From Candidatus Latescibacterota bacterium (GTDB lineage: Bacteria > Latescibacterota > UBA2968 > UBA8231): DNA of 64,000 bases. Both the position numbers and the translations under genes were made by a program. The notes under the pieces were generated by a model. The model was given only the letters and a program-made list of their open reading frames with translations. It was not told the DNA's origin and made no database searches. Location: NCBI GenBank assembly GCA_965217585.1, contig OZ244561.1, positions 5,248,001 through 5,312,000 of the forward strand, written 5' to 3'. Numbering within the stretch: the stretch's first letter is position 1; each line of letters starts with the position of its first letter. Shown here piece by piece: positions 56,913-64,000 of the stretch.

Positions 56913-59900
56913 CTAATAGACTACGGCCACGATGCGGGCCAAGGCCGTGTCGGTGGCACGGTCCGAATCGGCACCGAAATCAATCCGGCATATATAAAGT
57001 CCTGGCGGTACGGTGCGGCCAGCCGCATCGCGGCCGTTCCAGCGGATTTGCTGGGGGCCTCCTGCCACTTGGGTGCTGTTTTCCCATATCAGGCGTCCGT
57101 CCAGTGAGTAGAGGTGCAGACGCGCTTGGCGTGCTTGGGTCACTTGGAAGATGGAAAACGCGACGGTCAGTTCGTCGTTGACCCCGTCGCCGTTGGGCGT
57201 AAATGGGTTGGGGGCCAAGCTCAGGTCGCCGAGGACTTGCCCTCCCACGGGGATGCTCAGCGTCAGTTGGCGGCTGTCTGTTAGCGCAGTGGCGTCGCCT
57301 GGTTCTACTTGCTGCCACAAGCTCCCGTTGGTGTCGGCGGCGACGCGGCGGACAAAAGGCTTAAAGGTGGTTCCGTTGCGAAAGATGGCGGCGGCAAAGC
57401 GCAAGTGGATCAAGCGGCCTGGCCCCAAGACGGCACCGCGTTCGGCTGCCGGCAGCGCGTAGTAGGCTGTGCGCGTCAGGGAGTCGCCCAAGGCGTCAAA
57501 GGGCGATTGGGCCCCGCCGCCGCGCAGTTTGCGAAAGTAGCGAATCGGCCCTTGTTCGGCTGGGGGCAAGGCATCGTACTCAGCGCGGCCAGAAACCGCT
57601 GCCAAGCCGTCGGCGGTCTGCCGCAAAAAGAGAATGGCCCCGCGCTCGGCCTCGTTGAGCAGGCCGTAGGCCACCTCGGTGATTGGGTCGCCGTCCTCGC
57701 CCACTATGACTTCGGCCCCTTGGGGGGTGATGCGGTGGTAGGTCTGGACCGTCTGCTCTGCAGGTAGGGTCTGGTGTGGTTGGGGCAGCAGGACCCAGAT
57801 AGAGTCGGCGTGGTTGCGCCGCACTTGGGCGATGGCCCCAGAAGCATCGGTCAGGTGGCCATCGGCTGCAAGGGTAAATGTCTGCAAGGGACTTCCTCGG
57901 CCTAATTCTTCCTCGGTCCCCATGCTTAGGCTCAACAGGTGCAGCGCGAGTCCGGGAGGAGCTTGTAAGAGGATTTCGTCAAAGCCTGGAGTGCGGTTGG
58001 CCGCCGGCTCGTTTATGAATACCGGGCGCAGATACAGGTCAAACGTGTCCAACCGGCCGACCGAGGCCTGCGTGGGCCATACTTCGGCGGTGAGGGCGCG
58101 GGCCACTGGAGGGGCCAGCTCTACTTCGATTGACCTAATTGAGGCGGCTTGTAGGCGATCTTGGCTGGTAAAGCGCACCTGTAACTGCATGTAATTGCGC
58201 AGCCCGGGGGAACGGACCCGGTCGCCCGGCTGTAGGTACTGCTGGCTCCAAGGACTCCAGCCGCTGCCGAGGGCAAAGGTGGTGTCGATAGGCCCCTTCC
58301 AACTGGTGATCAGCTTGTCCCATTCTTCTTTGGTTTTCTCGTTGCCATTGACGTCGAAATGGCGAATTTGCTGCACCAGCAGATCGCCGGTGCGCGTCCG
58401 CACTTCTGCCGTCGTGCCGGGGGGGTGGGTGCCGGGGGGTGGATCCCAGCGGATGGCACCGAAGTTGCGCGGTCCCGGCAGGCGAATGATATCGGACACC
58501 AGCGCAGCTTGGCTGACAAACCCTTCGGTGTAGAGCAGGACTTCGGTCAGGTCGTAGAAAAAGCCCGAAGTCCGCGCGATGCCCGGCAGGCGCAGGTTGA
58601 GGAAGCGGATGTCTAGGGGTGGGTCAAAGAGGTCGGCGGCGCGCGTAAATCCTCCTTCCATGCGGTCGGGTAGGCTGATCTGTCGCCACCGCAGCCGGCC
58701 GTTGGGATCGCGGCTGCCGTCGGCCACCTCGGCGATGTAGCCGGGAATAAAGGGAACGGCCAAGCGCATGGCGTCGAGCCAGACGCGGGCACCAATATCG
58801 ACGGTGAGAATGCCAGCGGTGGGGTTGGAACTAAACCACGCCGGCATGCGGAAGGTGGTGTTCCAGTCGCCGTCAAAGCCCCCAGCCGGGACTTCCGGCC
58901 CGGTAAAGTTAACGCTACCGCCTCCGTCAATTAGCTTAGGCGATAGGTTGTCGCCCCAGCCCCAGACCTCTACTTCGGCCAGCCGGGGCCGCTCGCGGAT
59001 GTAGTACTCTTTGCGGCCTTGCTGTTCTTGGGGGAGGCTCTCGTAAATAGCCTGCTCTACCGGTTCCTCAAAGCCGACGTCGTCGCGGATGTAGTAGAGC
59101 ACATCGCCCCGTTCGTCGGCTGGCAGGGCATCCCACGCCGCCTCGTCGATTTGGTGTGCCCGCCCCAGCTTGCTGTCGCCAATGAGAATGCGCACGGTCT
59201 GGGCCATGCGGCCGGTCCACTCGGTGCGACCGTCGTCGTCTTCGGAAAAGCCGGGCGTGTCCTCAGAAGAAAACTCCATCGTCCGCTGGTCCGTATTGGG
59301 AGCCTGGGTTTGGCCGACCACCTTGAATTGGAGCACGCGGCTTTGGGCTTGAATGAGCTTCTGCTGGGGGGCTAGCATGACGCGGAACTGGCGGAAGGGA
59401 TCGCCCAAGGTCTCATCGACAAAGTGCAGCACTACTTTCTCGACCACGACCGCGCGGCCCAAGTCGATTTCGATCCACCACTTATCTGGAGTGGCCGCTA
59501 GGTCCGGTTCCCAAAAGGTGGTGCGGTCGCCATCGACAATGTGGGGGGCTAAGGCTTCGTTGGAGCCTACTCGGCTGACGCCGACGCGCTGGACATAGTC
59601 GTACACCGGAAATGGGATTTTATCTTTAGCGCCAAATTCGCGCGTCGATGCTACCCCCGTGCGTTCGTTGCGCAGGCTCAGGGTCACGGTCTTGCCGTCG
59701 CTGCTGAGGGTGGTATCGACGATGGTTAGGAGGCGGTCGTCAATGGGTATCCGGCTGTCGTTACCGGGGAAGCGCTTGAAGTCCCGGTTGAGAAATTTGA
59801 TCAGTTGCTCGGCTTTGCCGAGGGCAACGCTGCCGTCCGCTTCCAAAGTCGGGGTGCGCTGGAGGTTCATAATCGCCCGGTCTGCCTTGCGGATGCCCGG

Positions 59901-60173
59901 TTGGTCCACGGGTTTGGCAAATATTTCGCGATCTTCGGCGATGATGTTGTACACGTGGCGAAAGAAATGGGGCTTGACAATCCCATCTGGATGCACATCG
60001 ACCACGTGGGAAGGCCCGCTCCAGTGTCGCCAGTAGGAAGCCTTGTCGACGATGATGCGGTCGCCCTGCAGACGGTGGCCTAAGGGCGCTTGGGCACTGA
60101 CTTGCTGGAGGGCCAAACAGCCAAAGGCCAAGGCCCAAATTCGGCTCCAATGGCTGTAGCGCTTGCGGTTCAT
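56913..60173 (-). CDS. Secreted FlgD-Ig-tailed protein (long class)
   Basis: Signal peptide; WEPD, IEIDLGR, ERPRLAEVEVW; PNPFTPNGDGVND; ends AVVY. Confidence 0.75.
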   Translation of the reverse strand: MNRKRYSHWSRIWALAFGCLALQQVSAQAPLGHRLQGDRIIVDKASYWRHWSGPSHVVDVHPDGIVKPHFFRHVYNIIAEDREIFAKPVDQPGIRKADRAIMNLQRTPTLEADGSVALGKAEQLIKFLNRDFKRFPGNDSRIPIDDRLLTIVDTTLSSDGKTVTLSLRNERTGVASTREFGAKDKIPFPVYDYVQRVGVSRVGSNEALAPHIVDGDRTTFWEPDLAATPDKWWIEIDLGRAVVVEKVVLHFVDETLGDPFRQFRVMLAPQQKLIQAQSRVLQFKVVGQTQAPNTDQRTMEFSSEDTPGFSEDDDGRTEWTGRMAQTVRILIGDSKLGRAHQIDEAAWDALPADERGDVLYYIRDDVGFEEPVEQAIYESLPQEQQGRKEYYIRERPRLAEVEVWGWGDNLSPKLIDGGGSVNFTGPEVPAGGFDGDWNTTFRMPAWFSSNPTAGILTVDIGARVWLDAMRLAVPFIPGYIAEVADGSRDPNGRLRWRQISLPDRMEGGFTRAADLFDPPLDIRFLNLRLPGIARTSGFFYDLTEVLLYTEGFVSQAALVSDIIRLPGPRNFGAIRWDPPPGTHPPGTTAEVRTRTGDLLVQQIRHFDVNGNEKTKEEWDKLITSWKGPIDTTFALGSGWSPWSQQYLQPGDRVRSPGLRNYMQLQVRFTSQDRLQAASIRSIEVELAPPVARALTAEVWPTQASVGRLDTFDLYLRPVFINEPAANRTPGFDEILLQAPPGLALHLLSLSMGTEEELGRGSPLQTFTLAADGHLTDASGAIAQVRRNHADSIWVLLPQPHQTLPAEQTVQTYHRITPQGAEVIVGEDGDPITEVAYGLLNEAERGAILFLRQTADGLAAVSGRAEYDALPPAEQGPIRYFRKLRGGGAQSPFDALGDSLTRTAYYALPAAERGAVLGPGRLIHLRFAAAIFRNGTTFKPFVRRVAADTNGSLWQQVEPGDATALTDSRQLTLSIPVGGQVLGDLSLAPNPFTPNGDGVNDELTVAFSIFQVTQARQARLHLYSLDGRLIWENSTQVAGGPQQIRWNGRDAAGRTVPPGLYICRIDFGADSDRATDTALARIVAVVY

Positions 60174-60199
60174 GGAGTCTCTCCAAGTTGTGTGGCCGT

Positions 60200-61855
60200 T
60201 CAGAAAGCGGTGAGGAAATCGTCGGGTAGGGCCGCCGCCAATTGCTTTTGGTCTACTTGGATCCGATCGGCGTATTGGTGGCGCAGGGTTTCTATATAGG
60301 CTTGGAACCGCTTCTGCTCCTCAGCCCGGCGCAGCACGTCGCCAATCTGCCGACGGACTTGGGCAAAAGGCATGCGCTCCCCCGGCTGGCGGCGGACGAT
60401 CTCGAATACTGAGAAGCCGTCGTGGACTTGTATCGGCCCGACCAACTCGCCCGGCTGCGCGGCTAGGATATGGGACACCAAGTCTGAAGTTTTCTCCAGG
60501 GGAAAGACGCCGCCTCGCGCGCGGGCTCCTCGGCGTTTGCTGCGCTCTTGGGCTATGGCGACGATGTCAGCCCCCGCTTCGATTTGCCGCCGCACGGCTA
60601 GGGCTTCTTCCTCGGTCTCCACCAGCACTTCGGCCACGTCGATCTGGTCCCGACGATGGAAGCGCTGGGTTTGCTCGTCGTAGTAGCGGCGCACGGCATC
60701 TGGGGCGATGGTGATGGATGCCACTACTTTTTGCTGGCGCAATTGGCTTAGTATGACCTCTTCTCGCAGGTGCTGCCGCACCTCTTCGAGGGCCTCTCGG
60801 TCAATCAGATCCTCGTGGCGGGCCGCTGCCGCAAAGATGTAGGGCTGGAGCAGAAAGCGCTCGGCGAGTTGGACCAAGGCGGCGCTGTCGGCTGCGGCGT
60901 TGAGGTTGCGGTTTTTGAGTTGGTCGAGCAGCTCACCTAGAGGCACTTGGCCGCTTGCAAACTTGAACAAAGGCGTCCGTTCTTCCTCTGGCGTCCGTTC
61001 TAAAGCCGCCAACGGCTGGCCTTTTGCCAGCAGGAGGCGCAACCCCGGCGCATGGAGGTTCCAGTCGTATTTGTGGGCCAATTGCTCGGCCCGCGCCGCC
61101 CGCGCTTCGCCGAGTCTTTCCTCTTGCAGTTCTTGGAGAATTTCGTCCCGGAAGTCGAAGTAGGACAACGGCCGTTCCTCAGTAAAGCGCACGACGCAAA
61201 AGCCTGCGGAGTGGGGTAGCACGGGCGATAAGACACCCAATGGCAAATCGTAAAACAGCGAATCGGGAAAGCCCATGCGGCGGATGGATTCCACCCGGAG
61301 CCAGCCTAGTTCGCCCCCGTTGGCCGCGTCGGGCGTGATGGAGTAGCGGGCTGCCACTGCGTCAAACGGGGTGCCGGCGGCCAACTCGGCCACGGCTTGT
61401 TCTAGCTCCGGCCGCTCCTTGGTCATAAGGCCCCAAGTCATCCGCTCGAACGTGCGGTGGAGGCCCTTGCGCTCGAAGCGCTGTTTGATCTCGGTCTCTT
61501 CAACGAGGGGCGGTTGCACGGGTTTGCGTTTGAGATAGAGGGCGACCAAATGCCGACGAATTCTGCGCTCCAGTTGGCGCTGGACTGCAGCCGCGGTGTC
61601 CAAACCGAGGGCTTGGGCTTCCAGCCACATGAGGTGGTAGTCGATGAGAGGTTGGAGGTACTCGCGCCGCGCTGCCGGGCCTTCTTGGCGGCTCCGCTGG
61701 CTTTCGTTCAGCCCTAGGATGTAGGATCGGAGGTCCTCGGCGGTGATGGACCGCGCGCCTATTCGAACCACGATGGGGGATTCCTGTTCACCACAGCCCC
61801 ACAAGAAGGCCCCGATCAGGGCGCAAGCTATCGTAGTGATGCGTACTCTGTCCAT
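60200..61855 (-). CDS. PpiC/parvulin-type PPIase lipoprotein (two rotamase domains)
   Basis: Lipobox LWGC; FDAVAARYS...GGELGW; second domain DIVAIAQERS...GG. Paralog of 10113-11849. Confidence 0.8.
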   Translation of the reverse strand: MDRVRITTIACALIGAFLWGCGEQESPIVVRIGARSITAEDLRSYILGLNESQRSRQEGPAARREYLQPLIDYHLMWLEAQALGLDTAAAVQRQLERRIRRHLVALYLKRKPVQPPLVEETEIKQRFERKGLHRTFERMTWGLMTKERPELEQAVAELAAGTPFDAVAARYSITPDAANGGELGWLRVESIRRMGFPDSLFYDLPLGVLSPVLPHSAGFCVVRFTEERPLSYFDFRDEILQELQEERLGEARAARAEQLAHKYDWNLHAPGLRLLLAKGQPLAALERTPEEERTPLFKFASGQVPLGELLDQLKNRNLNAAADSAALVQLAERFLLQPYIFAAAARHEDLIDREALEEVRQHLREEVILSQLRQQKVVASITIAPDAVRRYYDEQTQRFHRRDQIDVAEVLVETEEEALAVRRQIEAGADIVAIAQERSKRRGARARGGVFPLEKTSDLVSHILAAQPGELVGPIQVHDGFSVFEIVRRQPGERMPFAQVRRQIGDVLRRAEEQKRFQAYIETLRHQYADRIQVDQKQLAAALPDDFLTAF

Positions 61856-61856
61856 G

Positions 61857-63914
61857 TCAGTAGACTACGGATAAAGGGTGTGCCCGCAGGTCGTCGCCTT
61901 GGTCCCCGGCCACGGCCACGCCCAACAAGTACACGCCCGGGGGGACGAGTTGGCCACCAACGGCTCGCCCGTCCCAAGTAAGGGCGTAGCGACCGTTGCT
62001 GAGCGCCGTCTGCTGTAGGGTATGTACCACTCGGCCCGACAGGTCGTACAGGCGCACGGCGACGGCACCGGCCTTGGTCAGCGCCAAGATGTTATAGGCG
62101 ATAGCGACTTGGTCGTTGATCCCATCGCCGTTGGGCGTGAAGGGGTTGGGTGTCAACTCGAGGGCATCAATCAGCCGTTCGCTGCGAATTATCGAGGGAC
62201 TGAGTACCGTGGTACCGGAGCGGGTGGGCTGGTCCTCGGTCCCCAAGTCGGCGCTATTGCCCGAAGTAGAGTTTTGAAACGAACCGGGTTCGCTCGACAG
62301 CGAGGCCTGCCCGCGAAATTCGGTGCTGAAGGCCAGCACGGACGCGCGAAACGCAATTTTCAGTAGACTGTCATCGGCTTGGATGCGTGGAAAGCGCACG
62401 CTGAAGCGGTCCTCTGCAATGGCGTTGATGGCGAGCCCCGAACCGCCAGCGGTATCGCCTTGAGCAAAGGCGTGGGAGGCGACTAACTCGCCTTGGGCAT
62501 TGAGAATTTCCACCTGTTCCACCTGTTCCACCCGAATGGGGGTAGTTATCGCAAAAGTATCGAATCCCAGTAGGTTGGGCGAATCCATGCGCATCCGCAC
62601 GGCGTAAGTAAAGGACGTAGAGGTCGAAACCTCTACTTGGCGGGGAAAAATCTCGGCGACGAATTCGTCGGCAAGCGGTGGAGTCAAGTGCGAAAGGGAA
62701 ATGCGCTCGAGACGGCGCGCCGAATGGATGTCGTTGCTCAGAGCGATGACGCGGAACTGGAGGAAGTGCCGCGGCGAAGGGGAGATGATCGGGGTGCCTT
62801 GGGGAGACGTGCCCTCGTCGAGTGGATAGGGAGGGCTCCAGGGGCTCCAGTTTTCTAAATCGTCCTTGATCGAGCCTTTGGCCCACGTGACGCCATTAGC
62901 ATCTACTACGGGGAGTCGTTCGTACTCGTCTAGATGCATGGGCGCGGTGGGATCGGCGATGGAGAAGGGGATCTCTGGGTCGGTGCGCTTGTCCGTGCGC
63001 CGGCGGTGAAAGATAAAAGGCGTATCGTCATTGCCGCTGCGAGTAGAAATCAGCAGGCTGGACTGGGCCGAGTCTCCCACGGCTTTTTCCACCCAACGAA
63101 TGCGACCCCAAGCCGAAAGGCCCGGGGCGAAAATATCCGAGAAGTACGTAGCCGTCGGCAAAAAGCCGGTGCCGTAGATTTCGATCTCGTCTATTTCAAA
63201 GGGGATAGGGGTGGCCGAGCGCAGGCGGAAGGAGCGGATATAGCGGGGTGGATCGAATTCGATGTCAACGACGGGTTGGGTGTTTTGGGCTTCCTCCACT
63301 ATGGGCGTGCCCCACAGGGGAAAACCGTCGGCCGTGAGATTGAGCCCGTCGTTGACGAACAACTCAAACGCGCGCAAAAAGTCGTTCTGAAAAGCGGCTG
63401 TGGGCGCGGGATGGATCGTATTGCGCGGATAGAAGCGGAAGCGATTGACGCCGAAGCGGGCCCCTAAGTCGCCGATGATGAGGGTGCCGCGCACGTCGCC
63501 ACTTTTGCGCTCAAAGGCTTGGGTCTCACCGCCAGCTAGGTCGCTGAGAATTTCGGCGAGGGCCTCGGTGAGATCCTCGCGGGTGAAGTCGGCTGTGAAG
63601 CGCAGCACCGTAGGGGCGGCTATGGTGCCGCCGCGTTCGAGGGTGCCCGAAGCGATGTTTTCGCCCTCTTGCAGTTCCCGAGGCGCTAAGACTCGATGAG
63701 CGAAGTCGATGAGCTCACCTGGAGCGTTGCCTATCAGGACTTCGTTGGGATCGACCAAGCTGCGGTATTCTGGGTCCAGCGTGCCGATAGCAGCACCGGT
63801 GCCATCCCAGTCAATGGGGGCGTCCAAGCCCACACTGAGCGTATCCAAAGCCCCAGCCGGGGCCGTGAGGACGAGGGCTGCTAGGCTTTGGCCAAGCAGG
63901 CGGCTTCTTAACAT
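61857..63914 (-). CDS. Secreted FlgD-Ig-tailed protein (short class)
   Basis: DLGARFGVNRFRFYPR, FEIDEIEIYG, PNPFTPNGDGIND; ends SVVY. Confidence 0.75.
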   Translation of the reverse strand: MLRSRLLGQSLAALVLTAPAGALDTLSVGLDAPIDWDGTGAAIGTLDPEYRSLVDPNEVLIGNAPGELIDFAHRVLAPRELQEGENIASGTLERGGTIAAPTVLRFTADFTREDLTEALAEILSDLAGGETQAFERKSGDVRGTLIIGDLGARFGVNRFRFYPRNTIHPAPTAAFQNDFLRAFELFVNDGLNLTADGFPLWGTPIVEEAQNTQPVVDIEFDPPRYIRSFRLRSATPIPFEIDEIEIYGTGFLPTATYFSDIFAPGLSAWGRIRWVEKAVGDSAQSSLLISTRSGNDDTPFIFHRRRTDKRTDPEIPFSIADPTAPMHLDEYERLPVVDANGVTWAKGSIKDDLENWSPWSPPYPLDEGTSPQGTPIISPSPRHFLQFRVIALSNDIHSARRLERISLSHLTPPLADEFVAEIFPRQVEVSTSTSFTYAVRMRMDSPNLLGFDTFAITTPIRVEQVEQVEILNAQGELVASHAFAQGDTAGGSGLAINAIAEDRFSVRFPRIQADDSLLKIAFRASVLAFSTEFRGQASLSSEPGSFQNSTSGNSADLGTEDQPTRSGTTVLSPSIIRSERLIDALELTPNPFTPNGDGINDQVAIAYNILALTKAGAVAVRLYDLSGRVVHTLQQTALSNGRYALTWDGRAVGGQLVPPGVYLLGVAVAGDQGDDLRAHPLSVVY

Positions 63915-63935
63915 GCTCAGGCTCCTCGTGCAAGC

Positions 63936-64000
63936 TCAGTAGGCGACTGCAATAGTGCCAACTTGTTCTTCTGCGCCTTCGTCGGTGTCTATTCGAATGC
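63936..64000 (-). CDS. 3' end of another FlgD-Ig-tailed protein (truncated by the window edge)
   Basis: Manual translation IRIDTDEGAEEQVGTIAVAY-stop matches the tails of the five complete paralogs. Confidence 0.7.
   Translation of the reverse strand, partial: IRIDTDEGAEEQVGTIAVAY

Noticed and set aside
1-64000. CRISPR arrays, tRNA, rRNA
   Set aside because: No regularly spaced direct repeats, cloverleaf or rRNA-like sequence noticed by eye; a covariance-model scan was not possible.

Overview
GC-rich bacterial DNA. The gene content (many FlgD-Ig proteins, a TWGxIK C-terminal motif, PhyH/HEAT fusions, an FN3 lipoprotein) suggests a Latescibacterota/Poribacteria-like, possibly sponge-associated lineage; this is inference. 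There are four components. (1) Two paralogous envelope gene clusters, 2384-14583 (+) and 51998-64000 (-), each built from FlgD-Ig-tailed secreted proteins ending in [VL]-[VA]-Y, a two-rotamase PPIase lipoprotein and a ~890-aa acidic putative outer-membrane protein. I cannot assign them to any described system. (2) A four-gene AT-rich insert (21120-23856) encoding a membrane-anchored Ras/Roc-like GTPase, a membrane partner, a beta-rich unknown protein and a caspase/CHAT-like protease, a candidate new conflict or cell-death system. (3) A defence island (38238-51962) with a HamA-like nuclease, a chimeric SNF2 helicase, a sacsin-type GHKL ATPase/HNH gene broken by three different IS elements (IS1595 with passenger genes, ISAs1, IS630) that can be reassembled in frame, and a HEPN pair. 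(4) Housekeeping genes (nnr, carB, pyrK, pyrD, pcm, an orphan rplC, HIT, glycosyltransferases). I saw no tRNA, rRNA or CRISPR array.
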